A DNA stretch of 64,000 bases from Vulcanimicrobiota bacterium. Lineage in GTDB: Bacteria; Vulcanimicrobiota; Vulcanimicrobiia; Vulcanimicrobiales; Vulcanimicrobiaceae. The position numbers were made by a program, and so were the translations under genes. The notes under the pieces are model-generated. The model saw only the letters and a program-made list of their open reading frames with translations. It had not been told where the DNA came from and made no database searches. Location: assembly GCA_019232905.1 (NCBI GenBank), contig JAFANA010000103.1, forward strand, positions 29,410-93,409. The letters run 5' to 3'. Positions within the stretch are counted from its first letter, which is position 1. Each line of letters begins with the position of its first letter. Below are positions 35,904 to 43,936 of the stretch, one piece after another.

Positions 35904-37066
35904 GTGACGGATACGGAATCGAGACGGAGCTCATTCACGCCGACCGCGACGCGGCCGGCTACGGAGATGTGACCCCGCCAATCTATCAAACGTCGACGTT
36001 TTCGTTCGACGACGCGCAATCGATGGCGCGCGCCGCACACGCGCCGGGCTTCGAGCGCTTCTACACGCGACACGGCAATCCGAATCACGGACAAGTCGAG
36101 CGCGTTCTCGCAGCGATCGAAGGTGGCGAAGCCGCGATGGTGAGCGCCTCCGGAATGGGGGCGATTTCTGCAACGGCGGTCGCGCTCACGAAAGCCGGCG
36201 ATCACGTCGTCGCGCAACGTGTCACCTATGCAGGAACGCGGTCGCTGCTGACGTCCGTACTCTCGCGTTTCGGCGTCGACGTAACGTTCGTCGATCAGGC
36301 GGATACCGCGGCGTTCAAAATGGCAATGCGCCCCAATACGACGCTCGTGATGCTCGAGTCGCCCAGTAACCCGCTCCTTGGGATTACGGACATCGAAGCG
36401 GTCGCATCGATCGCGCACGATGCCGGCGCATTAGTCACCGTCGACAACACGATCGCGACGCCCGTCAATCAACGGCCGATTGGTCTGGGAGCCGACGTCG
36501 TACTGCATAGCGCGACGAAGTACTTGGGCGGGCATTCCGATCTCATCGCCGGCGTTGCCGTCTCTTCCAAGGCGTTGATCGCGCGGATCTGGGAAACGCA
36601 TCATATTCTCGGCGCGACGCTCGGGCCGTTCGATGCGTGGCTCTTACTTCGCGGACTGCGAACGCTCGAAATGCGCGTTGCGCGGCACAACGACAACGCG
36701 CTGCGCCTCGCCCAATTTCTCGAAAATCACCCCCGCGTCGCGCGCGTGTATTATCCGGGTCTTGCCTCGCACGGCCAACATGAACTGGCAGCGCGGCAAA
36801 TGAACGGATTCGGTGGGCTGTTGAGCTTCGAAGTCGACGGTACTTTCGACGACGCGCGCCGCGTGATCGACAAATTGTCGCTCGTGCATTCTGCGGTGAG
36901 CCTCGGCGGCGTCGAATCATTGATCGCGCAGCCGGCAGCGATGTGGCCGAACATTCCGGACTCACCGGAGTCACGCTTGATGGGCATCATCCCCTCGCTT
37001 TTGCGCCTCTCCGTGGGCGTAGAACGCATCGAAGACCTGATCGCAGACTTCGACCGGGCGCTATGA
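35900..37066 (+). CDS. Cys/Met-metabolism PLP enzyme (cystathionine gamma-synthase/beta-lyase/methionine gamma-lyase family)
   Basis: 388 aa. PPIYQTSTF and the PLP-lysine block VLHSATKYLGGHSDLIAGV. ATGA overlap with the upstream gene. Confidence 0.9.
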   Translation: MSDGYGIETELIHADRDAAGYGDVTPPIYQTSTFSFDDAQSMARAAHAPGFERFYTRHGNPNHGQVERVLAAIEGGEAAMVSASGMGAISATAVALTKAGDHVVAQRVTYAGTRSLLTSVLSRFGVDVTFVDQADTAAFKMAMRPNTTLVMLESPSNPLLGITDIEAVASIAHDAGALVTVDNTIATPVNQRPIGLGADVVLHSATKYLGGHSDLIAGVAVSSKALIARIWETHHILGATLGPFDAWLLLRGLRTLEMRVARHNDNALRLAQFLENHPRVARVYYPGLASHGQHELAARQMNGFGGLLSFEVDGTFDDARRVIDKLSLVHSAVSLGGVESLIAQPAAMWPNIPDSPESRLMGIIPSLLRLSVGVERIEDLIADFDRAL

Positions 37067-37887
37067 ATCCGGTCTGGACGCCAGAGATCGAGGTCAACGA
37101 AGAAAAGGCTCGCCGGATCATTGCGGCGCAGTTTCCGCAGTTCGCTGGCGCAACGGTGCGTCGCGTCGGGAGCGGGTGGGATAACGCCGCGTTTCTCGTG
37201 GACGAACGATTCGTCTTCCGGTTTCCTCAACGGGCGATCGCTGCGCCGCTGATCGAGCGCGAGATGGAGTTCATGCCGTCCATCGCGGAGCGTCTGGCGA
37301 TTGCCGTACCGAATCCGGTCTATGCCGGAGTTCCGCAGTTCGACTATCCGTGGCGCTTCGCCGGTTATGAAGTGCTACAGGGTGAAACGGCGTGCGGCAA
37401 AACGTTGACGCTGCAGCAGCGGCGCCGGCTCGCCGAAGATCTCGCCCGTTTCTTACGAGCGTTGCACGATATCGATCTCGGATCGCTCCACGCCGAACTC
37501 CCGCCCGATCGAATCGGAAAACTCGATCCGCTGCGATTGAAAGTCGACGAGGAAGCGCCTACGGGCAAACATGTCGTCGTGCACGGCGACCTCTACGCGC
37601 GGCATTTGTTGCTCGACGATGAGAATGCGTTGTGCGGCGTCATCGACTGGGGTGACCTTCATTGCGGTCATCCGGCCGTCGATCTCTCCGTCGTGCACAT
37701 GATGGTGCCGCCTCGCGATCACGCAATTTTTCTCGACGCGTACGGAAACGTCGACGAGCGCACCTGGCGCTTCGCGCGCCACCGCGCGCGCTATCACGCG
37801 AACATGGTGTTGAATTACAGCTCGAGCATCGGCGATGATGCGCTGCAAGCAGCCGCTCGAACGGCACTTCGATTTATCGACGCGTAA
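37063..37887 (+). CDS. aminoglycoside phosphotransferase (APH)-family kinase
   Basis: ORF 36943..37887 trimmed to ATG 37063 (ATGA overlap). Catalytic loop VVHGDLYARHLLLD and IDWGD. Confidence 0.8.
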   Translation: MNPVWTPEIEVNEEKARRIIAAQFPQFAGATVRRVGSGWDNAAFLVDERFVFRFPQRAIAAPLIEREMEFMPSIAERLAIAVPNPVYAGVPQFDYPWRFAGYEVLQGETACGKTLTLQQRRRLAEDLARFLRALHDIDLGSLHAELPPDRIGKLDPLRLKVDEEAPTGKHVVVHGDLYARHLLLDDENALCGVIDWGDLHCGHPAVDLSVVHMMVPPRDHAIFLDAYGNVDERTWRFARHRARYHANMVLNYSSSIGDDALQAAARTALRFIDA

Positions 37888-37957
37888 CGTTCAACCTTTC
37901 TTCATCTTTCTTTTTTAGGTTGTGCGCCTCTGGTTCCGAATTCCCCGGAGGTATTCA

Positions 37958-39202
37958 ATGAGAGACTTCTCGCGTTCCGTGTGCGCAGCTTTAACGTGCG
38001 CTACGGTCGTGCTTATGCTGTCCGCGTGCGGCGGCGGTTCGAGCGGCACGAGTTCGCCGATGCCGCAAACGAACACAACCGGCGGCGGCAGTGAAACAAC
38101 GATGTCTACGCAGTCGAGTACGGTCACCGCGCAAGGGTTCACGACGGCGGTGGACACCGACACCAGCAACCTCGACGACAACGATTACGATAACGACGAT
38201 TCGGTCCTCAAGAAACTCGACGACCAACGCACGATCGGTTCGACGGTCGACCCGATCAACGGCGACCAAAATCCGTACGGCCTCGACGTCGCCAAATCCG
38301 ACAACGGAAAGATCAAGGCAGGCGATCTCGTCATTTGCAATTTCAACAACAACAATGCCGGCGGAAATGTCCAGGGTCAAGGCACGACGATCGTCGCGCT
38401 GCATCCGCATGTGGGCTCGACGCCGCTCCACATCGCTCAAGACCCGTCATTGCTGGGCTGTGACGCGCTCGCGCTTGCCCCCGATGATACGATTTGGGCT
38501 GCAGCCTTCGTCGCGAACGACAATCCGCTCGTCAGTCCGAGCGGCATGCTTCTGACGACGCTTCCCGGCGGACCGTGGCACGGGCCTTTTGGACAAGCCT
38601 TCGCGCCGCATCCCGGGTTCTACGGCAGCGTCGCTGCGTTTTACGAAACGAACGCAGGTGACGGCAGCATCGTTCGCATCAACATCCGCCCGGGCAAACC
38701 GTTTTCTTTCGACGTCATCGCGACGGGATTTCCAATCAATCACGGCGCGCCCGGCAGCATTCTCGGCCCGTCCGGCCTTCAGTATGATGCGCGGCGCGAC
38801 CGGCTCTTCATCGTCGACGGAGCAAATAACGCCGTCTACGTTCTCCGCCACGTCTCGTCGATTCCGGCGCACGGATTGAGCGTCGATCCGAATGGAACGT
38901 CGTTCGACGGACCGTTCCGCCATCGCGCGCGCGTCGTGTTCATCGGATCACCGCTTAACGGTCCGATTAGTTCCGCGGTCCTGCACGACGGGCATCTAGC
39001 GATCGGAAATACCACCGATCCCACCGGAAAGAATCTCATCGTAGAGATCACGACACACGGCAAAGTGCTCTACGTCCGCAACGTCGACACCGGAAACGCC
39101 GGCGCGATCTTCGGCATGGTCGCAACCGGCCGCGACATATACGACCAAAAACTCTACTACAACAACGACAACGACAACACACTCCGCGTGCTCACGAAGT
39201 GA
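37958..39202 (+). CDS. lipoprotein, beta-propeller-like, with Asn/Asp-rich low-complexity stretches
   Basis: ATG 37958 is preceded by GGAGG. Lipobox VVLMLSAC followed by GGGSSG. Also DDNDYDNDD, NFNNNNAGGN and YYNNDNDN, plus repeats of the LFIVDGANNAVYVL type (NHL/YncE-like impression). Confidence 0.7.
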   Translation: MRDFSRSVCAALTCATVVLMLSACGGGSSGTSSPMPQTNTTGGGSETTMSTQSSTVTAQGFTTAVDTDTSNLDDNDYDNDDSVLKKLDDQRTIGSTVDPINGDQNPYGLDVAKSDNGKIKAGDLVICNFNNNNAGGNVQGQGTTIVALHPHVGSTPLHIAQDPSLLGCDALALAPDDTIWAAAFVANDNPLVSPSGMLLTTLPGGPWHGPFGQAFAPHPGFYGSVAAFYETNAGDGSIVRINIRPGKPFSFDVIATGFPINHGAPGSILGPSGLQYDARRDRLFIVDGANNAVYVLRHVSSIPAHGLSVDPNGTSFDGPFRHRARVVFIGSPLNGPISSAVLHDGHLAIGNTTDPTGKNLIVEITTHGKVLYVRNVDTGNAGAIFGMVATGRDIYDQKLYYNNDNDNTLRVLTK

Positions 39203-39214
39203 CATGCGAAGCAT

Positions 39215-39240
39215 GTCATCCTGAACGAGGTTGAAGGATC
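39215..39240 (+). repeat. short dispersed repeat, variant copy E (GTCATCCTGAACGAGGTTGAAGGATC)
   Basis: Read directly. It is preceded by the small hairpin GACATGC-GAA-GCATGTC (39201-39217), which overlaps the upstream stop codon. Confidence 0.6.
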
Positions 39241-39245
39241 GCATC

Positions 39246-39284
39246 AAAACAAACGCCCGGCGAAATCTCGTCGGGCGTTTTGTT
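39246..39284. terminator. bidirectional rho-independent terminator between convergent genes
   Basis: AAAACAAACGCCCGGCGAAATCTCGTCGGGCGTTTTGTT forms a long GC stem (ACGCCCG/CGGGCGT, extendable) with A-run and T-run flanks on both strands. Confidence 0.65.
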
Positions 39285-39292
39285 CGTAACGG

Positions 39293-39332
39293 TCCTTCAA
39301 CTGCGGTGCTTCGCACCTTCGTTCAGGATGAC
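39293..39332 (-). repeat. short dispersed repeat, variant copy F, inverted relative to copy E
   Basis: Minus strand reads GTCATCCTGAACGAAGGTGCGAAGCACCGCAGTTGAAGGA. It has the same ends as copy E, with an inserted GGTGC-GAA-GCACC hairpin. Confidence 0.55.
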
Positions 39333-39335
39333 ACG

Positions 39336-40169
39336 CTAGCGAAGTTTCAGAATCTTCGCTAGATTTGCGTCGGGGTCGACTTCGACGTCGATCTCGCCTT
39401 TTGTCGACGTGAGCAGCGTCGTGACGCCGGGGCCGTGCCCCGCAACGAACGAGCGTCCGTGCACGACGACACCGACCGATATGGCGCCGCCGCGATAGAT
39501 GCGGCCGTACGAGTTGTCCGCATCGACGATTGCAACGACGTCGCCCAAACGCAACTCGCGCAAGCCGTATTGTTCCGCCATGGTGTCGTCGAACGTTTGA
39601 ATATCGTAATCGCCGCGGACGACGGTCGCACGTCCGAGACCCGAGCCCATGATTGCAGCCGGAACGGTTCTCGCAACGCGAACTTGCACGCGACCGCCTT
39701 TGACGTCGAGGCCCATACGATGAAAGAGATCGGGATCGGCGTTAAATGCTTTGACGCCGGGCGCATCGAGAAGGCGCATTCCCAATCCGCATGCCCACAC
39801 TTGAATCTTGTCGCCAATTGCCATTTTTCGCATGATCTCTGTCGAAAAATCGATCATGACGTGCTCGACGCCGCCGTGTTTTCCGGTGACCCAGCCACAT
39901 CCGCCCTTCGCCTCACCCGTGAGAACGATGGCTTCATTGCCGATACAGGCAAGCGTATTGAGGGCCGTGTTCTGACGATCGTCGGGATGACGAACGCTAA
40001 CCGCCGGCTCGATATGGTCGGCCATAAAAGCGAACGCGGAATCCCCGACCCGCACATTGGGCGTAATTCCGCCGACCGACGGAACGATCAGCGGTTGCCC
40101 TTCGAAGCTTACCTCGTAGAGGCCGGTGTTGATCAGCATGGGTGCCGCCTCTCCGACGACGGCGCTCAT
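39336..40169 (-). CDS. DUF4438-like protein
   Basis: VGGITPNVRVGD..F....DHIEPAVS ... CIGNEAIVLTGEAKGG.G.VTGKHGGVEHVMIDF matches my recollection of DUF4438. The start is uncertain: ATG 40169, or upstream up to 40247, which would overlap queD. Confidence 0.55.
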   Translation of the reverse strand: MSAVVGEAAPMLINTGLYEVSFEGQPLIVPSVGGITPNVRVGDSAFAFMADHIEPAVSVRHPDDRQNTALNTLACIGNEAIVLTGEAKGGCGWVTGKHGGVEHVMIDFSTEIMRKMAIGDKIQVWACGLGMRLLDAPGVKAFNADPDLFHRMGLDVKGGRVQVRVARTVPAAIMGSGLGRATVVRGDYDIQTFDDTMAEQYGLRELRLGDVVAIVDADNSYGRIYRGGAISVGVVVHGRSFVAGHGPGVTTLLTSTKGEIDVEVDPDANLAKILKLR

Positions 40170-40245
40170 GACCAATTCTTCGCGGTTGATTCGGACGGTC
40201 AACGGACTCCCTTCGTTTCGTCGCGAACGCCTAAGCGGTTTCCAC

Positions 40246-40614
40246 ATGCAGATTCGCAAGCACTTCCGCTTTGAAGCGGCTCACGTTCTTCCGCACCACC
40301 CCGGCAAATGTTCCCGGATGCACGGGCACTCCTACCGGCTAGACGTTGCCATTCGCGGGCCCATTAAAACCGACGGGCCCGCTCGCGGCATGATCGAAGA
40401 CTTCGACAAGATCAAGCGGATTGTCCGCGAGCACGTCGTGGATATTTTGGACCATACGACACTCAACGACGCGATCGAAAACCCAACCGCCGAACATATT
40501 ATCATGTGGATCTGGCGAAAGCTGGAGAATCACCTGAGCGGCCTCGACGAGCTCGTGCTCTGGGAGACCGCCACGAGTTGCGCGGTGCTTCGGCGCAGCG
40601 ATTTTGGGGCGTAA
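40246..40614 (+). CDS. queD: 6-carboxy-5,6,7,8-tetrahydropterin synthase QueD
   Basis: ORF 40126..40614 trimmed to MQIRKHFRFEAAHVLP. Zn/catalytic motif CSRMHGHSY (Cx3HGH). Confidence 0.9.
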   Translation: MQIRKHFRFEAAHVLPHHPGKCSRMHGHSYRLDVAIRGPIKTDGPARGMIEDFDKIKRIVREHVVDILDHTTLNDAIENPTAEHIIMWIWRKLENHLSGLDELVLWETATSCAVLRRSDFGA

Positions 40615-41189
40615 TGCTGCAGCTGGCTGAGATTTTTTACAGCATCCAAGGCGAAGGATTGTGGAGCGGGACGCCCGCCGTTTTCGTGCGGCTCGCCGGC
40701 TGCAACCTGGCGTGCGACTTCTGCGATACCGATTACGCGTTGAAGTTCATGGCAAGCGTGCCTGAGGTCGTTCACCGCGTTCGCGACATCGGGGGCGATT
40801 GTCCGATGGTGATCCTGACCGGCGGCGAACCGCTCGCGCAAGCGGAAACGCTCGACCTGATCGACGCACTGCAGCATGACGGACGCCGCGTGCACATCGA
40901 ATCGAACGGCACCGTCTTCACCGAACTTCCGCCCGACGTATGGTTGTGCGTTTCCCCGAAAGAACGCGTGGATCCACGAATGGCCAAACGCGCAAACGAG
41001 GCGAAACTGATCGTCGACGGGCGCGTCCCCGAGGAGCATCTGCCGCTCTTCCAAGATCAGTCGACAATTCTGTTGCAACCGGAAGGCAACAAACGTCCGA
41101 ACGTGGAGCTTGCGCTCGCATACGCGAAGACTCATCCGAAACGCTTTCGTATCTCGCTTCAAACTCATAAATTGATCGGAGTGCAATGA
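40614..41189 (+). CDS. queE: 7-carboxy-7-deazaguanine synthase QueE (radical SAM)
   Basis: ORF 40506..41189 trimmed to MLQLAEIFYSIQGEG (TAATG overlap with queD). Cluster motif CNLACDFCDT. Confidence 0.9.
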   Translation: MLQLAEIFYSIQGEGLWSGTPAVFVRLAGCNLACDFCDTDYALKFMASVPEVVHRVRDIGGDCPMVILTGGEPLAQAETLDLIDALQHDGRRVHIESNGTVFTELPPDVWLCVSPKERVDPRMAKRANEAKLIVDGRVPEEHLPLFQDQSTILLQPEGNKRPNVELALAYAKTHPKRFRISLQTHKLIGVQ

Positions 41190-41803
41190 TTCTTCTTGTC
41201 TGTGCCGTCGCGAAGGAACTCGAATGGCTCAACTCTCGCGCCGGCGTGGAATTGCTCATTGGCGGTGTCGGGCCGGTGGACGCCGCGGCGCGCGTCGCCA
41301 AGGCTCTGGCGCACACGAGATATGACGTCGTCGTCAATGCCGGGATCGCCGGTGCGTTGCCCGGTGCTGCGGAGGTCGGAGACGGCGTCGTCGTCGGCGA
41401 AGAATTGATGGAACTGAACCTGGAGACGGGCGAACGCATCGTACTGCCTGACGGCAATATCATCGTCGACCGGGTTCCCGCGGATGCGCAACTCGTCGAA
41501 GCGATCACGGCGCTCGGCTTTCCGCTCGTACGCGGCATCACGGTTTCGCGCGTAACCTCGACGGATGCAACGGCGCAGCGCTTGCGCGAACGCGGCGCGG
41601 AAATCGAATCGATGGAAGGGTTTGCAGTGATGCGAGCCGCGCAGTTGGCCGGCGTTCCGACGGTCGAAGTGCGCGGCATTTCCAATTTCGTCGGAGAGCG
41701 CGCGAAGAGCGGCTGGGACTTCGATGCGGGCCTGCGCGGATTGCGCCGCGTGCTGAACGCAACCCTCGATCTTCTGCACACAATGCCCGCGCATGCTGAC
41801 TAA
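41186..41803 (+). CDS. mqnB: futalosine hydrolase MqnB (PNP/UDP phosphorylase fold)
   Basis: 205 aa. MILLVCAVAKE...GVGPV.AA......VVNAGIAGA ... ESMEGFAV. ATGA overlap with queE. Confidence 0.8.
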   Translation: MILLVCAVAKELEWLNSRAGVELLIGGVGPVDAAARVAKALAHTRYDVVVNAGIAGALPGAAEVGDGVVVGEELMELNLETGERIVLPDGNIIVDRVPADAQLVEAITALGFPLVRGITVSRVTSTDATAQRLRERGAEIESMEGFAVMRAAQLAGVPTVEVRGISNFVGERAKSGWDFDAGLRGLRRVLNATLDLLHTMPAHAD

Positions 41804-42662
41804 GAAGCAAACGTATACGCTCGCGTACTCACCCTGCCCGAACGATACCTATATCTTCGCGGCGTTGACCAACGGCATGTTGCGCGATGCACCGGAAGTT
41901 CGCGTTCATCTCGCCGATATAGAAGAACTCAATGAAGCGGCTGCGCGCGCGGAATACGCCCTGACCAAAGTGAGCTATGGGGCAATTCCGTTTTTGATGC
42001 GCGACTACCGGCTCTTGCGCGCGGGCGGTGCGCTCGGACGCGGGTGTGGCCCGCTCGTCGTAACGCGCCCAGGTGAAATCTCCTCGCTCGACGCGTTGAA
42101 AGACAAGCGCATTGCGATTCCTGGCGAACGCACGACCGCGTTCATGCTGCTGCAACTCGCGCTCGGTATGCGTCCGGCGACGGTACAAATGCGGTTCGAC
42201 CGCATCATTCCGGCGGTGGCGAACGGTGAGGTTGACGCTGGGCTGATCATTCACGAATCGCGGTTTACATATCCGGACGCGGGACTCGTCTCGGTCGCCG
42301 ATCTCGGCGAGTGGTGGGAACGCGCGACAAACATGCCGATCCCGCTTGGCGGCATTCTCGTTCGCAATGACGTCGACGACGCGCGCGCCGCCGAGATCAA
42401 CGACGCGATTCGCACGAGCCTGCGCTTTGCGCGTGAGCGCGAGACACGCGTCATGCCGTACATTCGCGAGCACGCGTTTGAAATGAATGACGACGTCATG
42501 CGCAAGCACATCGAGCTTTACGTGAACGGCTACAGCGAAGATCTCGGCGATGACGGAGTAGCAGCAATCAACGAACTCTTCCGCCGGGCACGTGACGCCG
42601 ATATCATTCCATCCGATACGGCTTTACGCATCATCCTTCGACAAGCTCAGGACAGGTCATGA
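41793..42662 (+). CDS. mqnD: 1,4-dihydroxy-6-naphthoate synthase MqnD
   Basis: YSPCPNDTYIFAAL ... LTKVSYGAIPFLMRDYRLLRAGGALGRGCGPLVV matches the MqnD pattern (SPCPNDTF.FYAL ... SGGALGRGVGPLVV). The last 10 or so codons (..RIILRQAQDRS) are encoded by repeat copy C. Confidence 0.85.
   Translation: MLTKKQTYTLAYSPCPNDTYIFAALTNGMLRDAPEVRVHLADIEELNEAAARAEYALTKVSYGAIPFLMRDYRLLRAGGALGRGCGPLVVTRPGEISSLDALKDKRIAIPGERTTAFMLLQLALGMRPATVQMRFDRIIPAVANGEVDAGLIIHESRFTYPDAGLVSVADLGEWWERATNMPIPLGGILVRNDVDDARAAEINDAIRTSLRFARERETRVMPYIREHAFEMNDDVMRKHIELYVNGYSEDLGDDGVAAINELFRRARDADIIPSDTALRIILRQAQDRS
42634..42654 (-). repeat. short dispersed repeat, copy C (within mqnD 3' end)
   Basis: Plus strand reads TCCTTCGACAAGCTCAGGACA, identical to copy B over 19 nt. 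Confidence 0.65.
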
Positions 42663-43879
42663 ATCGAAGAGACCTGCTTGCAACCGCCGGCGCGTTTTTT
42701 GCCTCCGGCGCTCTGGCACACGCCGCGCCGCTTCCCCGCGCGAAAGTCACCCTCGGCGATGAAGTCTTCTTACGAGAAACATGGCGCGAGCTCAAAGGCC
42801 GCGGCGCCGGTGTCATCACTAATCAAACCGGCGTCACCTCCCGGCTCGTATCGATCGTCGATGAGATACGCGCGAATTCGGCGATCCGGATAAAAGCAAT
42901 TTATGCGCCCGAGCACGGGTTCCGCGGTGACCGGACTGCGGGTGCATACGTCCCTTCGTACACGGATTCGTCGAGCGGTCTGCCGGTGTACAGCTTATAT
43001 GGACCGACGCGTCACCCGAGTGCGTCGATGCTGGACGGCGTAGACGTGCTGCTCTTCGACATCCAGGACGTCGGTTCGCGCGCGTATACGTTCATATCCA
43101 CGATGGCGTACGCCATGCAATCTGCGAAACAGTACGGCAAGGAAATCTGGATTCTCGATCGCCCGAATCCCGTCGGCACGACGGTTGAAGGTCCCGTCCT
43201 CGAGCCTGCCTTCGAATCGTTCATCGGGCTGTATCCGATCGCGATGCGTCACGGCATGACCGTCGGCGAACTTGCGAAGCTGTTCAACGACCACTTCGGC
43301 ATCGGCGCACAACTGCGCGTCGTTCGCATGGAAGGCTATGACGCGTCGATGATCTGGCCCGACACGGGATTACAGTGGGTGCAGAGCTCCCCAAACATTC
43401 CCGATTGGGAGACGACGTTTCCGTACCTCTGCACCGGCTTGATCGACAGCGCGGGCGTGAATAACGGCACCGGCTTTACCAAGCCGTTCTTTTACGCCGG
43501 GATGATCGGTCTCGATCCGAATTCGCTCGCGCGTCGCCTAAACGACCGTAATCTCCCAGGCGTGTACTTCCGTCCGGCCGCGTGGTCGCCGATCGCGGGC
43601 TTCTGGCAAGGCAAGGAACTCAGCGGCGTCGAGCTCGTCGTCTACGATCCGCGGTCGTTTCTCGCGATACGTACGGCGGTCGAAATTCTGGTTACGGTCC
43701 GTGACATTTCACCGCGCACGATCGACATCAAGAAAGCCACCTCACTCGATCGCGATTGGGGAACCGCAAGCTTACGCGAAGGCCTCGTCGCCGGCGCAAG
43801 CGCAAACGACATCGTGAACCGCTGGACGGCCTCCACACAAGACTTCCGCCTGCTGCGCAATCGCTACGCGCTATACTAG
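42659..43879 (+). CDS. DUF1343 family protein (NamZ-type exo-beta-N-acetylmuramidase family) with Tat signal
   Basis: MNRRDLLATAGAFFASGALAHA (twin-Arg). GVITNQTGV, APEHGFRGD, FDIQDVGSRAYTFISTM and LDRPNP are DUF1343 signature blocks. ATGA overlap with mqnD. Confidence 0.85.
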   Translation: MNRRDLLATAGAFFASGALAHAAPLPRAKVTLGDEVFLRETWRELKGRGAGVITNQTGVTSRLVSIVDEIRANSAIRIKAIYAPEHGFRGDRTAGAYVPSYTDSSSGLPVYSLYGPTRHPSASMLDGVDVLLFDIQDVGSRAYTFISTMAYAMQSAKQYGKEIWILDRPNPVGTTVEGPVLEPAFESFIGLYPIAMRHGMTVGELAKLFNDHFGIGAQLRVVRMEGYDASMIWPDTGLQWVQSSPNIPDWETTFPYLCTGLIDSAGVNNGTGFTKPFFYAGMIGLDPNSLARRLNDRNLPGVYFRPAAWSPIAGFWQGKELSGVELVVYDPRSFLAIRTAVEILVTVRDISPRTIDIKKATSLDRDWGTASLREGLVAGASANDIVNRWTASTQDFRLLRNRYALY

Positions 43880-43936
43880 CTCTACCGTGGCCACGAACGC
43901 CCGTGGCACAACCGCTGTCGACGAGGGTGGCTGTCT

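Noticed and set aside
40170-40245. Looked for a preQ1 riboswitch upstream of queD
   Set aside because: There is no small hairpin followed by an A-rich ACAAAAAACUA-like tail. The region may also be coding for the N-terminus of the divergent DUF4438-like gene.
40530-41794. Minus-strand ORFs 40530..41186, 40918..41781 and 41165..41794 across queE/mqnB
   Set aside because: They lie antisense to queE and mqnB, which have diagnostic motifs and translational coupling. The ORFs overlap one another and are low-complexity (Ser/Arg/Thr/Ala).
43880-43936. Direct repeat CCGTGGC(C)AC x2 and palindrome CGTGGCCACG upstream of the PDZ-TM-GAF gene
   Set aside because: It is short and GC-rich, occurs once, and has no second instance in the window. 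This is insufficient to call an operator.
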